Shown: positions 44,330-56,300, counted from the first letter of the stretch. The stretch: DNA of 64,000 nucleotides from an uncultured cyanobacterium (GCA_963744145.1 CAVUSO010000001.1:3168001-3232000); one strand, 5' to 3'. A program made the numbers and translations. Notes: generated by a model not told the origin, from the sequence alone.

Positions 44330-45145
44330 TTAAGCAAGTTGAGTCTGTAATTTCTGGACTTGCTCTAGAGATAACCCTGTCAAAGCAATTACTTGCTCTA
44401 TGGTCATACCAGCTTTGAGCAGATTAACCGCTATTCTTTCAGTTGCTTGTTGGATACCTTGTTGGATACCTTGTTGGATACCTTGTTGGATACCTTGTTG
44501 CAAACCTTGTTGCAAACCTTCTTCCACGATCGCTTGATAGAACACTGATTCTTTCATAATATCACTCCTTAATAATCTGTTGATGACTTCTTTGTGTAAT
44601 CTTAAGCCAGCGATAATTGCTGTAAAAGCGTAGATGTTACTTTTCACATTCCGCTCTGGGATTTGGTCAATGTTCCGAGCTACCTGGCTTAATACTTGTT
44701 CTGGTTCAGTTGTATCACTCAACACCGCAAAAGGTAATAGTCCTGGTGTTGATAAAAATAGCTCTGTTGGTTGTTCCCAGAGTCTAATTACATCAAATTC
44801 ATGTTGAGTTCGAGTTAATCTAAATGTAGTTTGTCGAACTAAGTCCGAATTTGTCCGTTTTAAGTATACCACAATTTGACGCATTTCTTTATGGGGAAAG
44901 CGACGATAACCCCTGACTCGATAATCGAGCATCCGGAAGGGAATGGTTTCATCGGGTTCAGTTTGAAATTCCGTATGTAAGATCAAATTTTCTGATTGTC
45001 TTAAAATTAGAGCATCAGTCCGAATCGGCTCTAGTAATAGTTCTCCTGGTTGTAGTTCGGTTAACTTGACCGGAGTGCCCAATAACCAACTGGCAATATC
45101 ATCACTAAAAGTTTCCGCAATCAATTTGCAAATATTATCGTACAT
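44330..45145 (-). CDS. Rpn family nuclease/putative transposase
   Basis: MYDNICK, HTEFQT and PFRMLDY; 12-bp repeats encoding QQG[I/L] at about 44447-44519. Confidence 0.85.
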   Translation of the reverse strand: MYDNICKLIAETFSDDIASWLLGTPVKLTELQPGELLLEPIRTDALILRQSENLILHTEFQTEPDETIPFRMLDYRVRGYRRFPHKEMRQIVVYLKRTNSDLVRQTTFRLTRTQHEFDVIRLWEQPTELFLSTPGLLPFAVLSDTTEPEQVLSQVARNIDQIPERNVKSNIYAFTAIIAGLRLHKEVINRLLRSDIMKESVFYQAIVEEGLQQGLQQGIQQGIQQGIQQGIQQATERIAVNLLKAGMTIEQVIALTGLSLEQVQKLQTQLA

Positions 45146-45246
45146 TTTCCCACCTGGCTAGAATTGAGGAGGTGATTTAACTCTCCTCCATCATTGGTTC
45201 AGGTAAGTTTAGCAGATCCGAGCTAGATTTTTTGAGTGCAATCTGA

Positions 45247-47028
45247 TTAGATTAGTGGTAGCGATCGCGAGGTTTCTTGTAACTGACAACGTTTGAGATA
45301 TATTTGAGCAACTGAATCTCTGGGATTCACACTTAAAACATAAGCAAATCGTTTTGCTGCTTCCCGAAAAAATTGCTGATAGAACATAAATAACCCTTCT
45401 TCAAAACAGGTTTTCGTTACTAATTTTCCCTGTCTTATTTCCGTTGCATCTCCATCAAACACTTCAAAAACACCCACAGCTTTTGATTTTCCCTTGACAA
45501 TAGCTTGCTCAATAAAACGGATATTATATACTGTGGGATTTTGCAAACGTGCTAAAGTTTGGTGAGAAATTAATAAGGATACTCCATACTGTTTTGTTAG
45601 TTCTTCTAAACGAGCAGCTAAATTAACGTCATCGCTAATTACTGTACTATCCATTCGATTAGTTCCCCCAACAGTTCCTAACATCAAAGAACCTGTATTA
45701 ATCCCAATCCCAATCTTAATCGGTAGATAACCAGAATTGAGTCGATGGTGATTATATTGATGCAGGATATTTAACATCGAAAGTCCGGCTTTGAGCGCAT
45801 CATCAGCTATCCCATTAAATAAAGCCATAATCCCATCACCAATATACTTATCAATAAAACCCTTATTTTCCAAAATTGCCGGTTCCATGCGGCTGAGATA
45901 AGCATTAATAAATTTAAAATTATCTTCTGGTGTCATACTTTCCGATAGAGCAGTAAATTCCCGAATATCGGAAAAAAGAATTGACATTTCGAGCTGAACT
46001 GCATCACCTAATTTGACATCAAGGATACTTTCATAATTTAACAAAGATAAAAATTGATGAGGGACAAAACGACCGTAGGCATCAGTTAGGTTAAATTCGG
46101 CTTCTAATGATTGCTCTAATTCACAATTAACTTTCGATAATTGATTAATAAATTCTGCTCGTTCTGCTTCAGATTTACGTCGATCGGTAATATCTTGAAA
46201 AGCAGCTATAGCATAAGCAACTTGACCAAATTCATCATAAATTGGTGTTCCCCAAGTTTCAATCGGAATAATTTGGTCTCCTCGGTGGATTTCAATATCA
46301 TCAGCATTAGTACGTTCCCCATTTAATGCTCTGAAAATTGGTAAATTTTCCGTTGGATATATATTATTAGTTCCGGCAATATAATTTTGATATATTTCGG
46401 CAATTTGCTCGGGTTTTATTTCTGGTATAATCTCGTGAGCAAGTAACTCCTGCGCCCTTTGATTAATATAATATGGATTCCTCTGAGCATCAAACACTAC
46501 TACTCCTACGGGCATAGCTTCTAAAAATTGCGTCCAGCGATGTTCTTTCTTATGTAGCTGGGCAATCAAGAGTGATTGTTCCTGGTTTAATCGCTGAAGT
46601 TGGAGATTTTGTTCGGCCAGCTTTTTATCCTGAAGATAGCTATATATTGCTTCTGTTACTGTCAATTTTAAGTCTTCAGCTTGCCAAGGTTTGGCCAGAT
46701 AACGATAAAGTTTAGCATAATTAATTGCATTACTTACTGCTTCAATTGTTGCCTGACCTGTTAACATAACTTTAACAGTTTTTGGGGATATTTGATGGAC
46801 TCTTTTTAATAATTCATCTCCCCTAAGATCAGGCATAATATAATCAGAAATAATCAAAGGAACTTCATATTCATCATCTAATAATTCTTGCAATAATTCT
46901 AAAGCGTCAACTCCGGAGTCTGCACTTTCAATCAGGTATTCATTGCCGAAAGCTTCTTTCAGTTCAGCTTTAAGACTTCTGAGTATAGTTGCTTCATCAT
47001 CAACACAGATAATTACCTGTTTGGTCAT
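45247..47028 (-). CDS. REC-PAS-adenylate cyclase
   Basis: CVDDE, ISDYIMP and KPW; FSDIREFT, DKYIGD and TVISDDVNLAARL. Confidence 0.92.
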   Translation of the reverse strand: MTKQVIICVDDEATILRSLKAELKEAFGNEYLIESADSGVDALELLQELLDDEYEVPLIISDYIMPDLRGDELLKRVHQISPKTVKVMLTGQATIEAVSNAINYAKLYRYLAKPWQAEDLKLTVTEAIYSYLQDKKLAEQNLQLQRLNQEQSLLIAQLHKKEHRWTQFLEAMPVGVVVFDAQRNPYYINQRAQELLAHEIIPEIKPEQIAEIYQNYIAGTNNIYPTENLPIFRALNGERTNADDIEIHRGDQIIPIETWGTPIYDEFGQVAYAIAAFQDITDRRKSEAERAEFINQLSKVNCELEQSLEAEFNLTDAYGRFVPHQFLSLLNYESILDVKLGDAVQLEMSILFSDIREFTALSESMTPEDNFKFINAYLSRMEPAILENKGFIDKYIGDGIMALFNGIADDALKAGLSMLNILHQYNHHRLNSGYLPIKIGIGINTGSLMLGTVGGTNRMDSTVISDDVNLAARLEELTKQYGVSLLISHQTLARLQNPTVYNIRFIEQAIVKGKSKAVGVFEVFDGDATEIRQGKLVTKTCFEEGLFMFYQQFFREAAKRFAYVLSVNPRDSVAQIYLKRCQLQETSRSLPLI

Positions 47029-47420
47029 ATTTTTTCTAAACCAGATTTAATCGTTGCTAATAATTCTGCTTCTGACCAAGGTTTAGATAAACAACAATGC
47101 AGATTTGCCTGCTCTTGAGCCCGAATAATTGCTTGTGGATCAGCTTGACCCGTCAGCAGAATTTTAATTACCCTCGGAAACTGTTCGTGGACACGAATAA
47201 GTAGCTCATCTCCTTTCATTCCAGGCATTAACCAGTCAGAGACAATTAAAATTATGGTGGTTTCATCCTGATTAAGTTCATTGATTAATTCTAAAGCATC
47301 ATTCCCGTCTTCAGCAATTTCATAGATATAGGTATCACCAAATGCTGCTTTGAGTTGCGTTTTCAGACTATGCAAAATTACTTTTTCGTCATCGACACAC
47401 AAAATTACGGGTTTAGACAT
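47025..47420 (-). CDS. Single-domain response regulator
   Basis: CVDDE, VSDWLMP, LLTG and KPW motifs. Confidence 0.93.
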   Translation of the reverse strand: MSKPVILCVDDEKVILHSLKTQLKAAFGDTYIYEIAEDGNDALELINELNQDETTIILIVSDWLMPGMKGDELLIRVHEQFPRVIKILLTGQADPQAIIRAQEQANLHCCLSKPWSEAELLATIKSGLEKI

Positions 47421-50400
47421 GATACAAGCTCCTGATCAGGTTGAATAGGGAGAAGGATGTGAAAGGTTGTCCGTCCTGGTTCGCTGTTTACGGTAATCTT
47501 ACCAGAATGTTTACTAATGATTTTTTTGACGATATCTAGTCCCAACCCACTCCCCTCTCCTGGGGGCTTAGTGGTAAAAAATGGCTCAAAGATTTTAGCT
47601 TGAATTTCCGTTGGTATTCCTGGACCAGTATCGCTGATGCTGATTTGTACTTGTGCTTCTGAGTGGGTAGTTTGAATGATTAAAGTCCCACGATTATCCA
47701 TGGCTTGTAACGCATTATGAATGATATTCGTCCAGACCTGATTCAATTCATCTGGATAACAGGCGATCGCGGGTAAATCTCCATAGTTTTTGATCACCTC
47801 AACCCCCTGCTTAATTTGGTTTTGATAGAGGGTTAGGACGTTGTCTATGCTATCATGGATCTGGGTAGAAATCAATTCACCTGAATGATCATAACGAGCA
47901 TAACTTTTGAGGGCAAACACAACTTTTGATGCTCGTTCTGTGGCCATAGTAATTGTTTGGGTTCCGCGTTGTAATCCTGATAGTTTATAGGCAATTTCTA
48001 AGATCTGCGTAGCATCGGGTCGGTGGAGTAGCACGGTAAAAGGTTCGATATCTTCATAAATCCCCATATCAACTAAAGTATCTGCTAGCACATCCGCATC
48101 TTTAAGCTGTTGAGATGAGAGTTGTGCGACTAAACCTCGCTTGATTTTTCGTTCTTCTTTGGCTGATAAATGGGAGTGGTGATTTAGCGATCGCTGCAAT
48201 AAAGCTAAGAAATCCTGGACTTGATCAGCAGTAAGAGATTGACACAAGATCGGTAGCTGTTCTAAGGTTTGAGTTAAGAACTTAGAGATATTACCTGCGG
48301 ATGAATGAATTGCTCCTAAAGGGGTATTGATTTCATGGGCAATCCCGGCAATTAATTGTCCTAATGCGGCCATTTTTTCCGATTGAATTAATTCTGTTTG
48401 CGTCGCTCGGAGGTCATCAAGAGCTTGTGATAATTCTTGTGTTCGAGCCGCTACTTTCATTTCCAAAGTTCGATTTGACTCGGCTAAATTAGCATAAAGT
48501 TGAGCATTTTCGATCGCGATCGCTGCTTGGGATGATAACATTTTTAAAAGTTCCAATCTGTCGGGAGTAAATGCTCCTGTCATCAGATTATTTTCCAAAT
48601 AAACCAGACTCACCAGTTGACCTTGGCTAATCAAAGGAACACATAAAATAGATTTCGGTTGATTTGCTTTAATGTAAGGATCATTCTGAAAATTTCCCTC
48701 ACGACTAGCATCATTTAACACTACACTTTCACGGGTCCGGACTACATAATTTAAGATTGATGCTGGTAGATGATGGTCAATTGGGATTAATTGACCAACT
48801 ATAATCTGTTCCACATCTACTTTTCCTTGAGCCGCAATTAGTAATTCACCTGCTGTATTAATAAAAATGAGACTACCCAACTCAGCTCCAGCATTTTCTA
48901 GGAGAATTTTCATCAAAGCACTGAGTAACTTCTCTAAGACAATTTCACCAGAAATCGCTTGGGATGCTTTCATCACTGTCGCTAAATCTAACACTTCTCC
49001 TGATGAGCGATCGCTATTGGAAATATTAGTAATAGTTGTGCGCGGGTCTATACTATGACTAACCGTTGATACTTTAGTAAGTAAATGGGGATATTTTTCC
49101 TCCAAATCTTCCACTTTGCATTTAGCACCCCAAAGCTGGTAGCAATAGTGAGCTTTTTTTAGGTAAATTTGGGCAAATTCCTGCTTACCTTTATTTAACC
49201 AAAATTTTGCTGCTAGCTCATTACCTAAAGCTTCATCCTGGATAAAATCATTTGCTTGAGCAGAAGCGATCGCTCGATCATATAAATCCATTGCTTCTTC
49301 CCTTTTTCCAGAAATTCGAGCCATTTCTGCTGCTACCAAAAGATACTTATGCAAAAAATTCTCTGGACAGTTATCTGCCCAAATTTTCATCTGGTTTTGC
49401 TGAGATTCTAACTGGTCCCAATATTGTTTTTGCTCTGATATTGAAACCTGTGGATATAATCCAACGAGAATAAGTGAGGAATAAAAATTATACTCAGCAA
49501 GTTGGAAATGTCCCAAAATATAACTGATGAATTTTGACGCTACTACTGTACATTTTAATGCTTCAGTTAGCTGACCATAGAAATAGAGAATCTGAGATTT
49601 AAAAATATTATAAGTACAAATCCAAGCAAAACTTTTATGTAAAGCACAAGTTTCTAGAAATTGTTCATCATTAATTTTATCATTACAAAAGATTAATTTC
49701 CCCGGGGTTCTACCAGTTAAATTCAAGAGGATTAGTTGGAACCCGATCATCCCATCAGTTGCCCATTGATTTTTAGTTTTTTGGCTAAACTGTAAGAAAT
49801 TAGCCACATTGGGAATCAGCGTTTCTAAATTGTTTCCCTGATAGAATAAATAACGCAATTGGTGTTCGAGAGCATATCCAGAATGTCGTAACTCTCCAGA
49901 TTCTAAACCAGCTTGATAAGACTCATTTAAAATAGCCTCAGCCCATTTGATTGGTTTCACCCAATGATTCAAATGACCACCCAAAACTAAACAAGCACTG
50001 CATTTCTGACTCGAATTATTAAATTTTTCACTTAGTTGCACCGATAGTTTACCAAATTCATAGCCAGATTGATAATCACCTAAAATAGAACCAAGGATCA
50101 TCCCGTAGGTAACAAACCCTTTTGACGATTCAGCGATATTGCCGTATTGTAAAGAAATATTAGCATTATTTAAAACAATAATACCATACATTTCTTGATT
50201 AGCAAAATAGGCAGGTGGATCAGTATTTACTAGCAATTGGATAGCCAGTATTTTATGGGGATCTGTTATTTCTGGTGCATCGATCAACGAAGAAATTTCG
50301 CGATCGCCCAAATTTTCTTTAGCCCGGGCAACTTCAATTGTGAACGCTTTTTTAAAGTCAGCATCGGGTAAGAAAATACCTAACAAAGAAAGCGCCTTCC

Positions 50401-52981
50401 GACCAATTTTTATTGCCTCTTCATATTTAGCACTTAGAGTGTATTGGATCAGTAACAGATTATAAACTTCAGCCTTCTCTATATCTGATTTTACTCTTTG
50501 CAAACTCAGGTCAATTAATGCTTCTGATTCTCGAAAATTTCCATTCAAATATTCAACCTCTGCCAGTTGCTTATGCAAGGTTAAAGCTAATTCATAATGC
50601 TCTGTCCAATCATCTCCTCTTAAACAATCTAAGCCCACTCTCAAATATTGCAATGCTGCTGCAAAAGCTGCCGCATCTTGGGCTTTCTTACCTGCTTCTA
50701 AATTCCATTTTGCTAATTCAATTCTTTCGGAATCATTAGTAATCAAATCCTTACCTAAATTCAGATGATCTACTATTTCAAAAATTCGTAATTCTCGTTC
50801 ATCTGGAGGGATATTTTGCATCAATAACCGCCCAATTTTGAGATGAATTACCCTTTGGGAGTCATCATCAATCAAAGCATAAGCCGCCTGTTGTACCCGG
50901 TCATGGAGGAATTTATAATCTTGAATTAAAAGTTGAGCATCTAATTCTGATCTAGTTAAAATTAATCCAAACTGTACTGCTACTACCAAATTAGCAAATA
51001 TTTCAGCAGGTGATTTTTCCCTGACAATAGAAAGAGTATTCAAATTAAAATCAGCCCCGATACAAGCTGCTAAAGTTAATACTTCTTGTGTAGATTCTGG
51101 CAATTTCTTGATTTTGCCAATCATCAACTCTACCACATTATCAGTGATATCTTTTGCGGCAATTTGTTCCACATCCCATTGCCAGGAACGAGAAGGAAAA
51201 TCAAAAGTGAGCAAGTCTTCTGAATAAAGAGTTTTGAGAAATTCATTCACAAAAAAAGGATTGCCTTCGGTTTTCTGTACTACCAATTCCGCTAAGAATT
51301 TTACTGCATCTGGTGTACTTTTTGCAGTCTCAGCAATCAGATGACTAATTGGCTCTAATGCTAAAGGTGCTAAGTGAATAGAATTGATAATTGCCCCTTC
51401 TTTTTGTAATCCATTTAGAGTCATCATTAACGGATGGGTGGGGTTGACTTCGTTATCCCGATATGCTCCAATCAGAAACAGATATTGCAAATTTGTATCC
51501 GTCATCATTACTTCAATTAACTTCAGCGTCGCCGAATCTGCCCATTGTAAATCATCTAGAAAAATGACTAAGGGATGTTCGGCTGAACAAAATACCCGAA
51601 TGAAGTTTTGAAAAACTAAATTAAAGCGATTTTGAGACTCTTGTGGGCCTAGTTCTAACACCCCTGGCTGTTTACCTATAATCAGTTCCATTTCTGGAAT
51701 CACATCAATAATCACCTGACCGTTCGGATTAAGTACAGTTAAAAGTTTTGTTTGCCATTGATTAAGCTGTACTTCACTTTCGGTTAAAAGTTGTCGTACT
51801 AATCCGGTGAAAGAGTTAACTATAGCTAAATAGGGAATATTCTGCTGAAATTGGTCAAATTTACCAGAGATAAAATAGCCACGTTTTTTGGTAATCGGTT
51901 TATAAATTTCTTGTACTAATGCTGATTTACCAATCCCAGAATAACCCGTCACCAACATCATTTCAATCCCCCTCTCGCTCTCCTGATTAGGGGTGGATCT
52001 TTCTCCTGCTACACGCTCAAATGCTGCTAATAAGGTGGCAACTTCCATCTCACGTCCATAGAGTTTTTGGGGAATTTGAAACTTGTCAGAAATATCTTGC
52101 TTGGCGAGGGGAAAGGAAAATATCTGCCCATCATTTTGTAATTGAGTTAAGCAATTTTCTAAATCTGCTTTAATTCCCCAAGCACTTTGATATCTTTCCT
52201 CAGCAGTTTTTGCCATCAATTTCATCACAATATCGGCAACTGCTTTGGGAATATTATGATTAATTTGCTCCAGAGGTACTGGTTGTTTAGCAATATGACA
52301 ATGAACTAATTCTAAAGCATCAGTGGTCGGAAAAGGAAGTTGACCAGCCAGCATTTCATAGAAGGTAATACCGAGGGAGTAAAAATCTGTACGGTAATCT
52401 AGTGCGCGATTCATCCTACCAGTTTGCTCTGGGGACATATAGGCTAATGTACCCTCTAAAACATTCGGATTTTTGAGAGTGGGATTTTCGCGGTTTAATA
52501 CAGTAGAAATACCAAAGTCGATGATTTTGATAATTCCAGTTTTGGGGTTAAAGACGATATTGGCAGGGTTAATATCTTTGTGAATAATATTAGCCAAATG
52601 AATTTGGCCTAAAATATCAGCAGTCTTCAGAGCTATTTGCAGAAATTCAGCTAAATTAAACTTAAATTCTGCATCGGATTGAGCGATATAGTTATTGAGC
52701 AATATTTTTAAAGAATCACCACCGAAATCCTCAAAGATAATCACTATGATCTGATTATATGATTCTAAACAGTAAGCTTTGACTACGCCATCTAGATTTA
52801 GGTTGCGAATGATTTCATATTCTTGTTTGTAGCGAGTAATTTCTTGTGGTGTTGGATAGTCTTGTTTGAGAACTTTAATAATAACTATTTGCTGATCTGA
52901 CTGACGTATACCACGATAAACTTCGGAATTAATGCTTTCGTAAATTTTGCTGTTGATCTGATAACCAGGAAGATTAATCAT
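47405..52981 (-). CDS. Ser/Thr kinase-AAA ATPase-GAF-histidine kinase
   Basis: HKDINP, DFG, GYSGIGKS and AHEINTP, plus G boxes. Start set at MINLPG by comparison with the paralogue. Confidence 0.93.
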   Translation of the reverse strand: MINLPGYQINSKIYESINSEVYRGIRQSDQQIVIIKVLKQDYPTPQEITRYKQEYEIIRNLNLDGVVKAYCLESYNQIIVIIFEDFGGDSLKILLNNYIAQSDAEFKFNLAEFLQIALKTADILGQIHLANIIHKDINPANIVFNPKTGIIKIIDFGISTVLNRENPTLKNPNVLEGTLAYMSPEQTGRMNRALDYRTDFYSLGITFYEMLAGQLPFPTTDALELVHCHIAKQPVPLEQINHNIPKAVADIVMKLMAKTAEERYQSAWGIKADLENCLTQLQNDGQIFSFPLAKQDISDKFQIPQKLYGREMEVATLLAAFERVAGERSTPNQESERGIEMMLVTGYSGIGKSALVQEIYKPITKKRGYFISGKFDQFQQNIPYLAIVNSFTGLVRQLLTESEVQLNQWQTKLLTVLNPNGQVIIDVIPEMELIIGKQPGVLELGPQESQNRFNLVFQNFIRVFCSAEHPLVIFLDDLQWADSATLKLIEVMMTDTNLQYLFLIGAYRDNEVNPTHPLMMTLNGLQKEGAIINSIHLAPLALEPISHLIAETAKSTPDAVKFLAELVVQKTEGNPFFVNEFLKTLYSEDLLTFDFPSRSWQWDVEQIAAKDITDNVVELMIGKIKKLPESTQEVLTLAACIGADFNLNTLSIVREKSPAEIFANLVVAVQFGLILTRSELDAQLLIQDYKFLHDRVQQAAYALIDDDSQRVIHLKIGRLLMQNIPPDERELRIFEIVDHLNLGKDLITNDSERIELAKWNLEAGKKAQDAAAFAAALQYLRVGLDCLRGDDWTEHYELALTLHKQLAEVEYLNGNFRESEALIDLSLQRVKSDIEKAEVYNLLLIQYTLSAKYEEAIKIGRKALSLLGIFLPDADFKKAFTIEVARAKENLGDREISSLIDAPEITDPHKILAIQLLVNTDPPAYFANQEMYGIIVLNNANISLQYGNIAESSKGFVTYGMILGSILGDYQSGYEFGKLSVQLSEKFNNSSQKCSACLVLGGHLNHWVKPIKWAEAILNESYQAGLESGELRHSGYALEHQLRYLFYQGNNLETLIPNVANFLQFSQKTKNQWATDGMIGFQLILLNLTGRTPGKLIFCNDKINDEQFLETCALHKSFAWICTYNIFKSQILYFYGQLTEALKCTVVASKFISYILGHFQLAEYNFYSSLILVGLYPQVSISEQKQYWDQLESQQNQMKIWADNCPENFLHKYLLVAAEMARISGKREEAMDLYDRAIASAQANDFIQDEALGNELAAKFWLNKGKQEFAQIYLKKAHYCYQLWGAKCKVEDLEEKYPHLLTKVSTVSHSIDPRTTITNISNSDRSSGEVLDLATVMKASQAISGEIVLEKLLSALMKILLENAGAELGSLIFINTAGELLIAAQGKVDVEQIIVGQLIPIDHHLPASILNYVVRTRESVVLNDASREGNFQNDPYIKANQPKSILCVPLISQGQLVSLVYLENNLMTGAFTPDRLELLKMLSSQAAIAIENAQLYANLAESNRTLEMKVAARTQELSQALDDLRATQTELIQSEKMAALGQLIAGIAHEINTPLGAIHSSAGNISKFLTQTLEQLPILCQSLTADQVQDFLALLQRSLNHHSHLSAKEERKIKRGLVAQLSSQQLKDADVLADTLVDMGIYEDIEPFTVLLHRPDATQILEIAYKLSGLQRGTQTITMATERASKVVFALKSYARYDHSGELISTQIHDSIDNVLTLYQNQIKQGVEVIKNYGDLPAIACYPDELNQVWTNIIHNALQAMDNRGTLIIQTTHSEAQVQISISDTGPGIPTEIQAKIFEPFFTTKPPGEGSGLGLDIVKKIISKHSGKITVNSEPGRTTFHILLPIQPDQELVSCLNP

Positions 52982-53029
52982 GGTAAAAAATTTCTGAATT
53001 TTTGCTGGTTTAATTGATAATTTTCTGTT

Positions 53030-53169
53030 ATACCAATTTAATGTAAAGTTGCACAGATCTCGATCCCCCTCGCATCCCCCTTTTTTAAGGGGGACTTTCA
53101 ATTCTTGCTCCCCCTTGTTAAGGGGGTTGGGGGGATCGGATTATATGCAACTTCATCAAAAATTGGTAT
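53030..53169. mobile_element. 140-bp MITE-like element
   Basis: Imperfect ~37-bp terminal inverted repeats ATACCAATTT...AAATTGGTAT around CCCCCTT..AAGGGGG hairpins. Confidence 0.75.
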
Positions 53170-53346
53170 TACTTCAATCCTTCTACAGGATTTATGCACC
53201 CAAGCGGTCAAATATAGATATTAAATCTATACCAAAATTGTTAACCCGATGACAAGCTAGCAAACGAGTGATCGGAGTTGGATAGTAGAGATCAAGAAAA
53301 TTATTGGCTGTGAGATTTTGCTAGAACTACCCACTCAATGCTTGGT

Positions 53347-56300
53347 TTAGACATGATTAAGCTCCTGATCAGGTTGAATGGGGAGAAGGATGTGAAAGGT
53401 TGTCCGTCCTGGTTCGCTGTTTACGGTAATCTTACCAGAATGTTTACTAATGATTTTTTTGACGATATCTAGTCCCAACCCACTCCCCTCTCCTGGGGGT
53501 TTGGTGGTAAAAAATGGCTCAAAGATTTTAGCTTGAATTTCCGTTGGTATTCCTGGACCGGTATCGCTGATGCTGATTTGTACTTGTGCTTCTGAGTGGG
53601 TAGTTTGAATGATTAAAGTCCCACGATTATCCATGGCTTGTAACGCATTATGAATGATATTCGTCCAGACCTGATTCAATTCATCTGGATAACAGGCGAT
53701 CGCGGGTAAATCTCCATAGTTTTTGATCACCTCAACCCCCTGCTTAATTTGGTTTTGATAGAGGGTTAATACATTATCTATGCTATCATGAATTTGGGTA
53801 GAAATTAATTCACCTGAATGATCATAACGCGCATAACTTTTGAGGGCAAACACAACTTTTGATGCTCGTTCTGTTGCCGTAGCAATTGTTTGAGTTCCCC
53901 GTTGTAATCCTGATAGTTTATAGGCAATTTCTAAGATCTGCGTAGCATCGGGTCGCTGGAGTAATGAGGTAAAGGGTTCAATGTCTTCATAAATCCCCAT
54001 ATCAACTAAAGTATCTGCTAGCACATCCGCATCTTTGAGCTGTTGAGCTGAGATTTGTGCGACTAAACCTCGCTTGATTTTTCGTTCTTCTTTGGCTGAT
54101 AAATGGGAGTGGTGATTTAGCGATCGCTGCAATAAAGCTAAGAAATCCTGGACTTGATCAGCAGCAAGAGATTGACACAAGATCGGTAACTGTTCTAAGG
54201 TTTGAGTTAAGAACTTAGAGATATTACCTGTAGATGAACGAATTGCCCCTAATGGGGTATTGATTTCATGGGCAATCCCGGCAATTAATTGTCCTAATGC
54301 GGCCATTTTTTCCGATTGAATTAATTCTGTTTGCGTCGTTCGGAGGTCATCAAGAGCTTGTGATAATTCTTGGGTTCGAGCCGCTACTTTCATTTCCAAA
54401 GTTCGATTTGACTCGGCTAAATTAGCATAAAGTTGAGCATTTTCGATCGCGATCGCTGCTTGGGATGATAACATTTTTAAAAGTTCCAATCTGTCGGGAG
54501 TAAACGCTCCTGTCATCAGATTATTTTCCAAATAAACCAGACTCACCAGTTGACCTTGACTAATCAAAGGAACACATAAAATAGATTTCGGTTGATTTGC
54601 TTTAATATAAGAATCATTCTGAAAATTTCCCTCACGACTAGCATCATTTAACACTACACTTTCACGGGTCCGGACTACATAATTTAAGATTGATGCTGGT
54701 AGATGATGGTCAATCGGGATTAATTGACCAACTATAATCTGTTCCACATCTACTTTTCCTTGAGCCGCAATTAGTAATTCACCTGCTGTATTAAAAATGA
54801 GACTACCCAACTCAGCTCCAGCATTTTCTAGGAGAATTTTCATCAAAGCACTGAGTAACTTCTCTAAGACAATTTCACCAGAAATCGCTTGGGATGCTTT
54901 CATCACTGTGGCTAAATCTAACGCTTCTCCTGATTGAGTCCTAGTTAAAGTGCTAGCTTGTCTGTGGGATTGTGTGAGCCGAACTGTCGTGGTTACATGG
55001 ATGAGTAATTGGGGATATTTGCTTTCCAAATGCTTGACTTTAGCCTTAGCTCCCCAGCGCATATAATTATAGTAGGCTTCAGTCAGATAAATTTGGGCAA
55101 TAGTATTTTTTCCCCATTGCAAGTAAAATTTAGCTGCGAGTTCATAAGCAAGAGCTTCTTCTTGGATATATTGGTTGGCTCTAGCTCCAGCGATCGCTCG
55201 ATCATAATATTCTATTGCTTCCACATAAGACCCTTGCAACCGATAAATTTCTGCTTTCACTAGATCCAATTTATGGCTATAATTCATCGGTGCATGATGG
55301 GCTAATTTTTCCATCTTTTCCTGATTACTTTTCACTTGCACTAGATTATTTTCTAGGGCAGATTTTGGCTCTGATGTCTGTGCTACCAATCTGACTAAGG
55401 AATCATAAAAGTAAAATATAGGCACAGTAATAAAACCAGTACATACATTTATATATTGGGTAAATTTTTCCACATTTTCTTGTGCTTGACTGATCTCTCC
55501 AAACAGATAGCAAAGAATAATTTTGTGTAAATAGAAAAAATGAAGTGCTACTTGATCATTTGCCGCTAAATGCAGCGGTATAAATTTCTCCTCGTTGTAA
55601 GCTTCATCACTTAAGAGACAAGGATTTTTAGTCTGACCAAGTAAGTTCAAAACTACCTGCTGAAATAGTTGATTATAATTAAAAGAAATCTCCTGCTTAA
55701 AATGAGATAGAGCTTTACTGTAATTCGCTATTTCTGTTGTAAGTTCTGTCAATTCTAGACCGCTAAAGTAAGCATATTGACTTTGATTCATTGCTGCATA
55801 ACCAGCAAATTCCAAATCTCCATTTTCGATCCCACTTTGATATGCTTGCTGAAAAAGAGGTAAAGTTTTGCGGATGTGTTCTTTTCCATGAATAATAAAT
55901 ACTGCAACCTGATTGATAATTTTAGCTTTTAGAGCTTTAGTATTTAACTTTTCTGCTAAATTTAAAGCCAAATTACCAAATTGATAAGCTTGCTCAATAT
56001 CCTGAAAAACACCATTTAAAATAGCTGCATAATTAGCATAACCATAAGCAGAAAAATCAGAATTACCATACTGGAGCGATAAATTTACCTGTTCACAAGG
56101 AATCAGTGGTAATAATTCAGGTACAGCTATATAAACAGGAGAAAATAAACTCGATAGCATCCTCATTGCTGCTAGTTTATAGACATCTATCATTGGAGGT
56201 AGATTCAGCAATTCCTCCATCTTTTTCCCGGTCAATAAAGCTTTTGTTTCTTCCAGTCCAGACTGAATATCTAAAGAAGTCGGTGACTCTGGTAAGTTGA

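Noticed and set aside
52982..53101. Extended N-terminus of the 1898-aa ORF
   Set aside because: Reads through the MITE-like element; the paralogue starts at the MINLPG-equivalent Met.
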